DNA from: Fistulifera solaris
Taxonomy: Eukaryota
Assembly: GCA_030295235.1 (NCBI GenBank)
Contig: AP026130.1
Coordinates: 310,001 to 374,000, forward strand
Direction of reading: 5' to 3'
DNA: 64,000 bases
The notes beneath the pieces are model-generated. The model made no database searches. It saw only the letters and a list, made by a program, of their open reading frames with translations, and had not been told where the DNA came from. A program made the position numbers and the translations under genes. Below are positions 25,614-39,436 of this stretch, piece after piece; position 1 is the stretch's first letter, and each line of letters starts with the position of its first letter.

Positions 25614-27385
25614 ATGAAAATTGTCATTATCGGAGGAGTCGCTGGAGGTGCCAGTGCGGCAGCCAGAGCGAGACGTCTTAGTGAGAAAGCCGAGATCCTG
25701 CTTCTGCAGTAAGTTGCCGATCGTTATGACCAAAGATTCGTCTTCCTTGTCCCCTTTCTTACACCTAAAAACAGGTCTGGTCCAGACGTTTCCTTTGCAA
25801 GCTGTGGTATGCCTTACTTTATCGGTAATGAAATCACGGACCGAAAGTCCATGGCAGTACAAACACCCGAGAGTCTGCATCGTACGCTGAACATTGAGGT
25901 TCGCGTCCTGTCGACGGTCACGGACATTAAAACCGACGAAAAGACCATAACGGTACGCAATGATGCGAAGAGTGAAGTTTACACCGAAGCATACGACCAC
26001 TTGATTTTGGCTGTCGGTGCTGCGCCCTTCAAACCTCCCATTCCGGGCATTGATCGCCCTGGACTTTTTTCCTTGCGCAATTTGCAAGATATGGATCAAA
26101 TCTATGCTTGGATCGAGAAGAAGCAGAAGGAATTGGGTGATGGCGATATGCACTGCGTTGTGGCCGGGCTGGTTTTATTGGTCTCGAAATGGTGGAGCAA
26201 CTGGTACACCGCAACATGAATGTCACCTTGGTCGAAGCCATGCCACAAATTATGGGACCAATTGATGTGGAGATGGCGGCCATTTTGCACCGTGACTTGG
26301 AAGCTCATGGTGTCGATGTTATTGTCAATGATCCCATTGCTTCTTTTGTTGAAGCACCCAATGATCCGGAAAGTTCCATTCTCACACTCAAATCGGGCAA
26401 AGTTCTTCCGGCAGCGCAACTTACGATTCTCGGACTGGGCGTCCGACCGGATACCGACGTTATCAAACAAGCTGGTATTGAAGTAACTCCGCGTGGGCAT
26501 ATTGTAGTGGATGAAACGCTACATACTTCGGCCACCGATGTGTGGGCCGTTGGTGATGCCGTAGAGATCATCAATCCAATTCTTGACGAGAAATGGGCGG
26601 TACCTTTGGCCGGACCCGCCAATCGCCAAGGCCGTATGGTGGCAGACAATATTTTTCTGGAAACGAAACGCAAGTACAAAGGTACATGGGGAGTCAGCAT
26701 TGTACGTTCGTTCGAGTTGTACGCGGCCTGTGTGGGACTTAATGAGAAACTTCTTAAAGCGAAAGGTCTTCCGTACTCGGTAGTACACATTCATCCCAAT
26801 GACCATGCTGGATACTATCCTGGCGCGGAGAAAGTACATTTGAAACTCATTTTTGACCCAAAGTCGGGAAAGATTTACGGTGCACAAATTGTCGGAAAGG
26901 CCGGTGTCGATAAACGTATTGATGTGATTGCCACCGCGATGCAAGGAAATTTGACGGTGGAAGACTTGGCGGAGCTCGAACTGAGTTACGCACCTCCGAC
27001 CGGGTCCGCGAAAGATGCCGTCAACTATGCCGGCATGGCCGCGCAGAATACCGTAGAAGGCTTGGTGTCTCAGGTGCAATGGACGGAACTCGAAACATTG
27101 GCGAGCGACCCGAGCACGGTGATTTTGGATGTCCGCAATCCCGGGGAAATTGAGGGGAACGGACCATTGGTCCCAACCGCATTGAATATTCCACTGGGTG
27201 AACTGCGCAGTCGATTGAATGAAGTCCCCCGTGACAAGAAAGTCGTCGTTTCGTGCGCTTCGGGACAGCGTGCCTACTACGCCTGTCGCATCTTGAAACA
27301 GAATGGTTTTCCGGATGTACAGAATCTGGCAGGTGCCTTCATGACGACTAGTTTTGGGCGTCAGACAACCGCTTATGTCCTCTAG
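25614..27385 (+). CDS. CoA-disulfide reductase-rhodanese fusion (CoADR-RHD / Npsr-like); intron 25709-25774, frameshift ~26165
   Basis: MKIVIIGGVAGGASAAARARR, SFASCGMPY, GAGFIG, WAVGD, PLAGPANRQGR, HAGYYPG, LSYAPP; C-terminal rhodanese LDVRNPGE...SCASGQRAY. Confidence 0.92.
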
Positions 27386-27681
27386 CAATGTAAATTGCTG
27401 ATTTATGTTAATTCAATGAAGTGGTATTTCCTCATTCGTTACGTTTCATTAGCTACCTTTTATTTTTTTAAAACTACGTAGATTTTGCTTGTCCGTCGTT
27501 TCGTTACGGTACTGAAACAACCGTGAACCGAGGTTCTCGTAGCACCAAAAAAAAAATCCCGGAAGGATTTTTGGAAACGAAGATGAATAAAGAAAGAGGA
27601 CGAAAGCATCAGAGAGCCTCAGCTTTTTCACATTACCTACTTACCTTCCTTCCTTTCAAATATTTACCCAACGATAATGAG

Positions 27682-29907
27682 ATGACTGCCGGATTAGTCA
27701 TGCCGGTGGCATACGTGGAAGTATTTCCCTTGTCAGCGACGGCGTGCTGGACCTCGGCATCGCTCAAACGACAACTGATTCAACTCAGTGTTCGGTCGGA
27801 TTTGACTGGTGCTTCGTTAAACATCCAATTTGATAAAACGTCTCCGAAAGGCATTAGGAGCGGTATTCTTTGTAAAGACGAGGAGCTTCTGTTGCACCTC
27901 CGCCCAGGAAATCCGAGCGCCAGCGGGGGTGGCCTGTCGATGTAAGGCGTACCTTGTTGGTGCGTCTGGAATCAGTGAAGAAATGACGGCAGTACGTGTC
28001 ACCGAGTCGACACTAGTACAGGTTCGAAAAGCTCCTTCCTGGATGCTCCAATTGACGGGGCAAGTCGCGGTCCAGCCATCTCTCTCGGAGGAGGATGTTT
28101 TGTCCTGTTACAATGAGGATACCATTCGACAACTGACCTACTATTTAAACACGGCTTTTTCGGAACAAACGTATGTAGCGACGACCGAGGATGCCTTTTG
28201 GAAAAAGAAAAACGCAATCGGCGCAAACTCATTGTGGATCAGAACCTAGATCAAATTTTGGGCCACTCCGTGACACCTCCCACCAAAGACCCCTTTGGTG
28301 CCCAAACGGTTCTATTGGTGCATTCCCCCGACCACGGCGACGGGAAAACGACATTGGTGACGACGTTGTTGCGCCGACTGGGATGTGACAATGTTTATGT
28401 CATTCATCCGGGTCCACTGCTGGCCAAATATGGGGTGATGGCCGATGCGGCTTTGGCGACGATCGTTCACGAAGTAACGATCGCCGCCGCGTTTCGTCAG
28501 CAAAAAGTAGCTGTCGTGATGGATTCCATAGACTTGTTTTGGGGAACCGCGTCCGACGCCGCCGCACCCGCCATGAATGGTTGCGCAGCCTATTTGAAAC
28601 AACTTTGTCACAGTCTCCAGTATCGGAGGGAACTGCTGTTTCCCTCCAGCTCACGTCTCTACAATTGGCGAGGGCACAAAGGCTGTGTTGTACCTGTATC
28701 CTTTTGTCTTGTGGGTATTACGACTTGTGCCGAGGATGCCTTGCCCCAATCCTTCACCGCGCCCCGGTTTCGTCTGCCATCCTTGAGTGCCGACACGAGA
28801 CTCCACGCTTTCACGTATGCCCTTCAAAAAGCAGGCCTTCACTTATCGGATTCGTTGCAAGAAAGGTTGCCCTATTTGACTGCTGGGGCAATTCGAGCCC
28901 GAGGAGCTGATTTTAGTCGGGTGGCCCATCATCTTGCTTCTACTACTGATGCAAAGGAGGTAACCGTGGAACAGTTTCAACATAGCTTGCAACGAATAGT
29001 GTCCAGTTCGGGAGCATCGGATATACTGTTCGTGTCGAAACAAGGAGGCGACATGTTTTCTACCGTGGGAGGAAACGAGCCAGCCAAGCGAGCCATTGAA
29101 GAAGCGCTCATGTGCGATCCGAATCATCGAGCGGTATTGTATGAGGTGGGTCTCAAGCCACCTTCGGGTATTCTTTTGTTCGGTCCTCCCGGTACCGGGA
29201 AAACCTTGCTAGCCCAAGCGATTGCTAATCTTCTAAGCGAATCAGCGGGGCCATCGTCGTTGGGTGGAGCATTTATTTCTCTGACTAGCACCGACATTGT
29301 CCGATCAGAGTTCGGTACAGGGGAGAAGATGTTGACAGCGGCGTTTGAAACTGCCAAATTAAATGCCCCTTCTGTTATATTTTTAGACGAGTTTCAAGCT
29401 TTATTCACCGAGCGTGGTTCGTCGTCCTCGAGGCGTACCAGCACGCTGATGACGTGCATGGACAACATAGGAAAATGGAAGTCGTTACGAAGCAATGACA
29501 GGTCAAGTGTACATAACGATCCAGATCATGTGATTCTTTTAGCGGCTACGAATAGTCCGTGGCAAATAGACAAAGCATTCCTTCGACCTGGCCGATTCGA
29601 CCGGTGTATCCATGTCGGCCTACCAGATGACGCGTCCAGGAAAGACATTTACAAACTTCACGTTGGACGAATGGCGACAAAACTAACAATTGGTTTGGAT
29701 AACCTATGTAGCGAACTCAGTCAATCGTCGCATGGGTTCAGCGGTGCTGACATTGCGGCGCATTGTCATGCAGCTGCTGTTCTCTGCTTAGTTGACGGCG
29801 CTGAGTGCGTCACGGAGCATCACTTTCGCCAAGCGCTCGTTGACGAGTTTCGGGCTAGCAGCGACCAGGCTCTCGTGAAACGACTCTCGACATGGACACC
29901 GATATGA
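27682..29907 (+). CDS. Type II AAA+ ATPase (CDC48/AFG2-like) with a degenerate first module; 5' frameshifts
   Basis: D1 HSPDHGDGKTT / VVMDS; D2 GILLFGPPGTGKT, IFLDEFQ, AATNSPWQIDKAFLRPGRFDR, GFSGADI. Confidence 0.85.
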
Positions 29908-29971
29908 TCCATATAATGCATAGAACACAACTAAGTAATGTGTACGTATAGAGAGCTGCAAAAACTGTCAA

Positions 29972-31855
29972 CTAGTATCGGCGTAATCCGCACGCTTTGT
30001 CTGAAGATTTCTTTTTCTTGCCTCGACGTTCTCTTCCCTTAGCTTCGTTTGGATTTCTACGACCGAATCCTACCTTGATGTCAGTATTCGTCGCTGTTGT
30101 GTAGCATCCGACGTTAGTGGCGATATCACGACCAAACATTGATTGTGCTGCATTCTTCGCCTTTCCTCCAGAGCTAATCTTCACTTTCTGGTTCCAAGCA
30201 CCCATCATCAGTTGGTCCTCACGAAGGAGCAGATCACCATGAAAGCGATTGCCAGTACCAGGTTTCGGCAAGGAAAATTTTGTGCCTCGTAAATTATGTT
30301 TGTACTTTTTCGACAAATGCAACCGCAGGCGACCAGTTTTCCCATCGACACTAGCGGCAATACGCTGCATAAAATCACTACCACATCTTTCACAAAACAA
30401 TCGTTTTGAGCCAAAAGGCCCTGCATTGTCTGCATTCGTGTAAATCTTGTAGCAGGCACCGCAACGTGTCACCCAAGACTTTAGCTTTCTTACTTTGACG
30501 CCGTCAACGGAAAGGAGTTCCAAATTCATCTGTAAAATGACGTTTTGCATTGCAAAATCGGTTGTGGCACATGCAGCTCTTTGACTAATGGGCGGTCCAT
30601 GAACGATTGGTGCATTTGCTTTCATATCTAGATGGCTCGGATTGCGTTGAGGATCAAGAACGCCAGCACTTTTCATAGCTTTAAGCTCATTCGTAGACGT
30701 GATCCATCCTTCCCCGTCGTCCTCAACATCGCCATCTTGGCCGGCTACGGTCATACCACCCATGATGCGAGACTCCTGCGGCTTCTTTTCATCTTCTTTG
30801 TCATGATTGTGCTGAATAGCTGATTCTGCAGAGTCCTCAGGAGACGTCGTTGCCTTTTTAAGAGGTTTTGGCTTGGGTTTCAGTAAATCCTGATAACCAC
30901 GAAATGAGTTATACAATTTTCCGGACTTTGAAATTGGTTTTAACGATTGCTGCTTGCGAAGTTCATCCGCTCTTCGTTGCGCCTCCAGATCCACTGGCTC
31001 TAGTTGATCGTCATCGCCACCTTCGTATGGAACAAGGCGTGCAACCAAGAGACTGGGGAAATCCGACTGCAACTCCTTTTGCAGTGCATCGTGGTCATTG
31101 TTGTTATTGGCAACCGATGTCTCGAATTCATCGTCTTCCGCGTCACTAAATTGTCCTCCGGATGCGCTCAGATTCATTTTGCCGAATGGTTTGGACATGA
31201 CGTCTTCGGTCAGCGCTGGATTTGGAACAGTCGGTGTTATCTTGGGAAGATCCGAGCTACCTTCCTTTGGGTTGACTAACATCGCCCATGTTTTGGGTTC
31301 CACTGGTTCGTCTGTTTCACTTACACCGGACGGAGGGATACAAGCTCTCTGCTCGTCAGCATAAATTGTGACAGATTCAACAGGTTCCGCATCATCTTCT
31401 TCATCTTCCGAGTCGGAGACTTCCTCGACGTCGTATTCTTCCGTCGAAACCTCATTCTTCACCAACATTTCTACCTTACCGACACCAAGCATACGCTTGG
31501 GTGTTTTTCGAATATGATCTATCACTCCATGGCAGCCTTCTCTCTCCAAATCGTACAACAAGCCCAATACTTGTAAATCGACCACGGAAAGACTCTGGTA
31601 ATCACCCGTTTGTCGGGCAAAATCGATGACTGTTTGCACCGCCTCCTTACTGGGCTCACGAGCTTGCAACTCAAATGGCAACGAATCCAGGTGTTCACGC
31701 GCTTTGGCGTCTCGAATCTCTTGCAAGACGGCAGGGACGGTGTAGAATTGATGGGCTTTTCTCCATAACGAATTCAGAGCGGTACGGCGGATGATGGGGC
31801 CGGAATCCACGACTAGGTAGCGATACACGGGTTCATCGCTTTCGGATAGATTCAT
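29972..31855 (-). CDS. NOB1: NOB1 pre-rRNA D-site endonuclease
   Basis: PIN domain LVVDSGPII, VLQEIRD, FARQTGDYQSLSVVD; DDGEGWIT; TTDFAMQNV; zinc ribbon RCGAC...FCERCG; RGTKFSLPKP. Confidence 0.95.
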   Translation of the reverse strand: MNLSESDEPVYRYLVVDSGPIIRRTALNSLWRKAHQFYTVPAVLQEIRDAKAREHLDSLPFELQAREPSKEAVQTVIDFARQTGDYQSLSVVDLQVLGLLYDLEREGCHGVIDHIRKTPKRMLGVGKVEMLVKNEVSTEEYDVEEVSDSEDEEDDAEPVESVTIYADEQRACIPPSGVSETDEPVEPKTWAMLVNPKEGSSDLPKITPTVPNPALTEDVMSKPFGKMNLSASGGQFSDAEDDEFETSVANNNNDHDALQKELQSDFPSLLVARLVPYEGGDDDQLEPVDLEAQRRADELRKQQSLKPISKSGKLYNSFRGYQDLLKPKPKPLKKATTSPEDSAESAIQHNHDKEDEKKPQESRIMGGMTVAGQDGDVEDDGEGWITSTNELKAMKSAGVLDPQRNPSHLDMKANAPIVHGPPISQRAACATTDFAMQNVILQMNLELLSVDGVKVRKLKSWVTRCGACYKIYTNADNAGPFGSKRLFCERCGSDFMQRIAASVDGKTGRLRLHLSKKYKHNLRGTKFSLPKPGTGNRFHGDLLLREDQLMMGAWNQKVKISSGGKAKNAAQSMFGRDIATNVGCYTTATNTDIKVGFGRRNPNEAKGRERRGKKKKSSDKACGLRRY

Positions 31856-32172
31856 TTCGAAAATTAAGCAGTCCTTGTTGCAATGTTGAAACCGTCAATG
31901 TTGAGGATAAAGAATGGTTTGTTTTCTTTGAAAATGGCAGGAGGAAAATTTTTGAAGTGCAACGAAACTGGTTGGAGGAGGACGAATACGGACGAAGGAT
32001 GAGCGACTCCCGCGTACGTCATGCATGCATGTCAGTGACTAAAATGCCGAAAGGACGATAACACACGAAAAAACTTGATGGGTCTAGGTCGATCATCGAA
32101 CAATAATTTGAAGAACTAATCATACCATGTTAATGTGCTTTGTTATTATTCCTGTAATTTTTTCTTACGCTA

Positions 32173-35100
32173 TTAGTTGATAAGTTGCGTCAACATGTGC
32201 TTGACATTTTGTCGATCTTCCGCGGACATGAGGCTCATGGCACGACCTAGACCTTCCACAATGCCAGTCGTTCCAACTCGGGCAGTGTTGCCACCAGCTG
32301 TCATGACCTGTACCACTTCTTGGATGACGACTTCCTTAGTAAATTCAACAATCTTTTGTTCCAAAAAGGCGTTATTCTGGGCCATCCAGGCAAGGAAAAC
32401 TTTGTCCTCGTTCCACATTTCTTCCTTCATGTTCGGTGATTCTACAAACCACTGTTTCATTACTGAAGTCGCCTGCAAAGGTTCGAGAGACTTGACACCA
32501 CGCCCGACTTCTCCTGCCTCAATAATTTTCTGGCGGAGGTCGAACTCCGCCAGTTTGCGACGAAGTCTCCAGTAAAAAAAGCAGCGTGCTTCCGACCATT
32601 CCACTTCACGCTCAATGACTCCCACAGCTTGCATACGACCCGGGGTATCGTGGAGCTCGCAAAATTGAACCGCAATTTGCTCGTACACAGGGAGCAGCAT
32701 TCGTTCGCGTGCCATGATTTCTTCCTTGATGCCAGCCTTTTCAGCGTCGGATGCCGATGTTAACTTCGTGTCCAACATTTTGAGTGTCTCATCGAGTCGA
32801 TGCATGGTGAGGATAAGGTCCTTGGAGCGATACTTCACACTAGCAGCACCGTTCGCTTCGAGGACACCTCCACGTGCGGTACCCTTGGCCGCGTACATTT
32901 CCATGACGGATGCGTTGATCGATGCATCCAGAACAACCCAGGCTCCTCCACGGATCTCGGCGAATGGAGGAATAAAAACAAACACGGGCTGCGTGTAGGC
33001 AACAAAGGCGTCAACGATCAAAGATCCATATTTGAGGACTTCATCAAACATGTCTCTTTGACCGCCACTAAATCCTCTCCAATTCGCAAATACAATGAGA
33101 GGTAGATCTTCCGTCTTGAAATCTTTGATGGCCTGAGCTGTTTTGTAAGCACTGTTGGGGAACCACACGCAACCTGCTTCCTGAATAACAGCCTCGGAAG
33201 CGGCAACGTCAGCCGGATCCGCAGGCTTCACGTTTTCCGCTGTACGGTTCTCGGTGATGACGACTCCCATCGGAATGCCACCGAGGCGAGCTCGACCAAC
33301 AACGACAGTCTTTGCCCACCCAGCCAAGGTCTCAGTAAAGCTTCCTTTATCAAAGAAGCCGCTCTGCCAGTTACCCTCTGCGTCTTCGCCTCCCGCTAGC
33401 AAACAACGAGGATCATAGGGCACGCCAGGTGACGGCGTGAATCCAATCGGTCTTTCAATGTCGTCTACTCCGCGAATGTCGGAAATCGGCAGTAGCCCAC
33501 CACGAACTGAAGGAACGAAGGAGAGCCAGTCGATAGCACTCTTGACGGCCTGAAGATGATCATTCGCTACCAAGTGCGAAACACCATTGAGGTACATAAT
33601 TCCTGGACCACCAAGTTGGTCGTTGGTGGAGTAAACGTCGACACCCATAAGCTTGTTCAATGCCTGGTAACCGGTCAAAATGATCGGGGAGGCAGAGTAT
33701 TTCTGGATTGTGCGCTGACCAAGACGGACCAAGTAAGCGCCGATACCGACGGTTCTTCCGAGAACAATAGTCATTGTGAAAATATCATCGTAGGCGATGC
33801 TGGTTTCACCTGCAATCAGACCAGATCCTTTGAGGTTCTCCACACCAAGATCTGGTTCAGACCCAATGATGTCAGTTATTTTGAAAACGTCCTTCCCGTC
33901 GACAGTAGCCGGTTCAGCTCGAAGCTCCTTGACGCCTTGAGTAGTCAAAGCAGCGTAGTCCTCCTTTGTCACATACAAAAATCAAAACCGCTTTCAGGCC
34001 GGGATGGATCTTTGAAAGCAACTTGGAAGCATTTTCTAATACGTTCGGCCAACCCAATTCGTGCTCCTGAGTTCGCGGCGACAAAAAGGCGGGGAATTCG
34101 ATTCTCGCGAGCATACTCAGATGCCATTTTGAAGACAACGTCTTCGCGAGTTCCAAAGCTTCCTGCTTTGTAAGTAATGTCATTCGCAATCAACACAACT
34201 TGTCGTCCCTGAAAAGAATAAGTTAGCCAACGATTCGAAATACGCAGGTAAAACTGCTTCAACAACAATGTACGTACCTCGGGATACTCAACAGTTTTCA
34301 GTACAAGAAGCCACGCCACCATGCCAACGTCATTGGTTCCTGCTCTTCTATTCATTTGAATAAGTTCCAAATCGCCCGCGTGGTAATCGTCCATAGTCCA
34401 GTTTTCATTGACAGAGCCGTCTTGTTTCTTAACTACTAGTTCTGTTGTGTACATGACCATGAGAGGTCGACCGGCTCCCCTCATCCCAACGCCACCTTTT
34501 TTAGATGCCTCAAGCCATTGTTCTTCAACCGCGGCCTCGAACAAGGCCGGTAAGTCGTAGCAGTAAAGTGTGTCGGAGGCCTTAAGAGCCGAATAGCGCT
34601 GTGCATCAAAAAGGCGAGTCAAGGGATACGGTGTGTTGACGTCGAGACCGTCCCAGGAGCTGTCTCCGGCGCTGGCGAGGCTCGCTTTTGTGCCACCGAT
34701 CAGCTTGAACACTAGCCCAACTCCATGCTCGTTAGCGGCTTCCACATAAGTGTTCATAACATGAACATAACCTGTCGGGTTGCTAGCAAATAGTCTGATT
34801 GCGATCGGCGGAGAGTCCTTGCTGAGACAGCACACAATTCTAGTTTCGACTTCTACTATACCAAGCGTTGACACTCTGTCACTGTGGCGCTTCAGAATAG
34901 CTACCACCGTTTCTTCGACGACGACAGGGTCTAGCACAGCTTTTTCAAAGTCACTTACCAGGTTGAGGAACAAGTGGTTGTCACTCTTACTTTGCGCAGA
35001 ACAAAGATCGAAGGCGTTGAGTGCGTCGACTAAGATGCGCTCGAAGCTTGGTGCAGAGAATTCAAGTACAAAGCTTAATGCTCTTGCGAAAATGCGTGGA

Positions 35101-38100
35101 TCTTTCTTCGCTTTTTTGTCTTTTTCTAATGCAGCGGATTTCGGTGTGCCCTTATATAGGTGAATATGACATGTAGAGGTGTGGCGCGATCCAAGACTGT
35201 TGACATGGAAATTGGCGGCCACTCGATTCAAATCGAGATGCATCGAGTTACTTGGGTCGATGTTTCTGTATAAAGAGTCTTCCTGAAATTCAGGGAAGCG
35301 ATACGTAAATAAAGCAGGAGCTCCTCCCTCGAATTCATCTTGGGCCGCGTGCGCGAAAACAAAGCTCACACGACGGATATCAGCCTTTTTCAACAAGTCC
35401 TTGATGGGCGCAAGTACAGATTGACACCTCTGTGCGACTATATCATTCATCGCGTCTTGTTGTCCTACTATTGTATCGAGCACAACGAAGTATAGCACAT
35501 TGACAGGGGCTGTTTCTGCTGGGACGGCTGCACCAGTGAACTGCGGGAAGGAGGCCAGAATAGTCTCGAGATCCGCCATGTTGCTCAAGTCGTCGAATTT
35601 GTCGATAATTGCACTCACGCCTGTTCGAAGAGTGTTCTGCGAGATTTTCTCCTTGTCTTGGCCTGAGTGTGTATGCTTTTCAGAGCCGGAATTCGCCGAA
35701 GATTCTGACATTTTGCTAAGTGACCCGGAACTAATGGCTCGAGTTAGATCTGCCATGCTAGTCATAGAAGTTCCAGGATTGACAGCACTTTCTGAAGCTT
35801 TGTTAAGAAAGGCGTACTTGATGATTTTCTTTGTTGGGTCGCGCTCGAGACTTTTCAGTGTGTACATGCGATAGAGGTGCCTCTGGTAAAGTTCCATCAA
35901 ACCAAGCTGTTCTGCAGAAGAATCACACCCCGTAATCAAGTCAAAGAAAAGATCGACTAAAGGTATGTGTTGAGCCAGAAAGTCCTCGGCCTCTCTTGAA
36001 GGTTCTTCGACCGACGACGATAACGCTCTTGCTGCTGCAAGCACCTTCTGCCTGCGCTGTTCGAAGCTGGGCATGCTCTCTTGCATGAGCAACTTCTTGG
36101 CACAAAGCGCTGTTTCAAAGTACTCCTCGGCCAACCCCATTGAAGCGATTTCGGCAATCGATGGCATGGCATCTGGGAGTCCAGTGGCACCCGAGACAGC
36201 TGAGACGCGCTTCCCCATGGCCGAGGCTGTACTTGATTCCATGTCAACGCGAGAGCCCTCGCCAATCGAAGAAATAATGCCTCTAACAATCACCGAGGTC
36301 ATTTTGAGTTGCTCATGCGAGCGGCAAGCTTCCAGAGCTAAAACTGGCTCAGCCTTGTGCGATTTTCTGATAGCATCTACTGCATCAGCATATGCTTTAC
36401 CATCGCAAAACCAGCGCTCGACCGCAATCCATTTTCTGAGAATACTCAGAAAGAATTGGAAAGCTCGTTCAGACCCAGGAACTCCGGGAAGCTGGCTTTT
36501 GGTGTAAACTGCAACCGTTGCTTCCAACGGGCCAGTCAGAACTTCAAATGCAGACTGATCCGCTTGGTTCGAGAGAGATGCTTTGTAATCTTGTAAGGCC
36601 TTCGCTATGGTTTCGGCAGGGAAACTGATAAAGTACTGTGTTAGGTGAATGCTGATAAAACGGTTGACCGACAAAAAGGCACTTTGCTTACCGTAACTGA
36701 AGATCATTACCAGCTTGCTCCTCCGATGCTTTCTTGAACTCGGCCAGGGTACTCGAGATACTATCAAATAAAGGAGCCGGAATGCGGCCGCTGAGCACGG
36801 ATAGTTGTTCCTGAATTTCATACGCAGGCAACGAGGGCGACGTCACTGCGTAAGCCAAATCAGAAAAAGCTCTTTCTACGGCATTCAAGCTCAGTGCGTA
36901 TCCAGACATAGCACCGGAAAGAACGTCGAAAGCCGCGCGAAGCATCAAATGAGGTCTTGTGCTCGAGGGCGATTCACCAGAGTCACCCCAACCGGGCACA
37001 TTTAGATCCCCTTCAAAAACTTCAACCAGTGACACGTTTTCTGGATTGTCAAGCTCCAACGATGCAAGAAGATCTCCCGGAGAAATGGATGCTCCTTCAT
37101 TGCAGTTCCACGTCAATATCCCGGATTCGTCAACTTTGAGCGGCATGAACATTTTCATAACCTCGATCTCACAGTAAGGCTCTCCTTTCTTCACATGCGC
37201 TCCATCTTCCTTGAGCTTCTTGACCAGCTTTCCCGCAACGTCGGTGCGAAGAGCAGTAGGATCGTAATCCGGAGAAAAGGCAATAGTGGCTCCTCCGATA
37301 TTCAACCGCATCCCCGTCGCAGCATCACCCTTGTTGGTAAGGTAGACAACGCGACTGCTTCCACACATCTCGATCAGATACCCGCCGTCACTGAGAACAC
37401 GGACACTGGTGGCGACCGACTTTGTTTCATAGCCAGCAATGGAAATAGAAAAAGAGTTCGGACCGTTGCGAATACAAGTCATTTTGTACTTGACTCCGTT
37501 CAGAATGAGCTCCACGTTCTGTTGCATTTTCAATAAATTTCTTGGTGGAAGCTGTCCTTTTCGAGAAGATCCAGAAACTTCTTTTCACCACCACTCGAAA
37601 AGTCGTACGCCATGACGGTCGCACCGAGCACAGCATAGACGTGATCGTGGACGGATGATATCTTGACCGACGTTTTCCGATTCCGAAGCACTCCTTCGAA
37701 CGCCGCCATTCCATCCACATTTTCTGTAATGATGGCATCCAACCAGCCCGTGTCGATGGAATTGGATACAAAATCCTCCAATTCAATAAGCTTGGAGATG
37801 TAATCCACCGTCGTACTAATGTCACCTCGAATGGACAACTCTTTCAATGCGAGTACCATGTTACGTCGGGCTTGCTCGCGATCGGGACCGCTGGCAAACA
37901 AGTGACCGAATTGAGAATCGGCAAACTCGTGGATCGATCCCGAACTGTCCATGCTAAAGTATCCCCACACGTTCGGCGTCGATCGGAAGTTGAGTTCTTG
38001 AATTCCTCCACTGGTGGGTTTGAAGCCCGCTTCGGCATTTTCGGCGGTAATTCGGACAGCAATGCAGTGTCCGTAGGGCGCAACGCGTGGAGTGACTTCA

Positions 38101-39436
38101 AAGTCAATGATTGAGCTCTCGGCCTGAGGATCGACTTCGAAACGGTTCTTTCCGTACAATTCACGAATCTCCGGAATGTTATAGAGGGGAATTCCCATCG
38201 CCACCTGCAACTGAGCCGCCGGCAAGTTGACTCGTGTGATCATTTCGGTGACCGGGTGTTCGACTTGTAGACGAGGGTTCAATTCGAGAAAGTAAAACTT
38301 GGCATCCTTTTCCGAGTACAAGTACTCGACCGTCCCCGCATTGGTGTAGTTCACGGCCTTGGCCAATGCCACTGCCGCATGTTCCATTTCTTTCCAAACT
38401 TCCGGTTTCGCCGCCACCGGTGGACCTTCTTCAATGATCTTTTGGTGACGACGTTGGACGGAGCAATCGCGACCATTGAGTGCCACGGCATTGCCGTACT
38501 CATCCGCCAACAGCTGCACTTCCAAGTGCCGCGAATTGGACGACAATTTCATGATAAAGATGGGACTTCCGGGTACTTCACCGCACACTTGTCGATACGC
38601 ATTGGCGACATCTTCCGCTTGATTGACACGTCGAATGCCTTTACCACCTCCACCTTCGGACGCTTTGATCATGATGGGGAATCCAATTTTCTCGGCCGCT
38701 TCCTGCGCCGCCGTGGCACTGTGAATGCACGCCGCATCCAAGGCTTCTTCGGGCAATGACCCCGTTTCCATGTTATAGGTCGCTTGCACGTGCGCGCCAT
38801 TCCACGCAATGCACGGCACACCGGCCGATTGCGCAATGATGGTACTCCCAATTTTATCACCGAGCGCCGCCATGGGCGGTCCCGCCGGTCCAATGAACTT
38901 GATGGGCGGATAGGATTGTGCCAACGTATTGGGCAAGGTCGGATTTTCACTGGCGTGTCCCCAGCCGGCCCAGACGGCGTGCACTCCGTGCAACCGGGCG
39001 AGTTCGACAATGAGTGTGACATTCGCGTAGTTGTGATTGTTGGATCCGCCGGGGACATCGACAATGACGTCGCCCATGCGAATGTATTCGGCATTGGCGC
39101 TGTTTGAGAGAGATTGTGTGAGGTAATGGTGATTGGAACAATATGTTAATGTTTCCTGACGTACCGCAAATCTTCCGGAGTGGCCATGACGACAAAGGAA
39201 ATGGCACGTTCATTTCCAAAGACTTCATACGCCCATCGACGAATGGACCGAATCGCCTTGACAGCGGCCACACCATTGTTGGCAATCAAGACTTTTTCAA
39301 TGACACGGGATTTATGGCCACCCAACTCTTGCACGTATTCCGAAACGGTCGAAAAACGACGGTGCGCGTTGAGGGTCACATTCGAGGATGTGTGACGACC
39401 GAACGCCGGACTCTCGGGTGCTTCGACTTCCGCCAT
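32173..39436 (-). CDS. ACC: Homomeric acetyl-CoA carboxylase, probably cytosolic (no signal peptide); introns 39100-39164, 36625-36691, 34209-34277; frameshifts ~37555 and ~33978
   Basis: BC domain [55 protein letters not shown] domain [29 protein letters not shown]. Confidence 0.97.

Noticed and set aside
26519..27388. Long antisense ORFs (this one, 647-1447 and 40627-41373, among others)
   Set aside because: They are shadow or alternative frames of well-supported genes and carry no motifs of their own.
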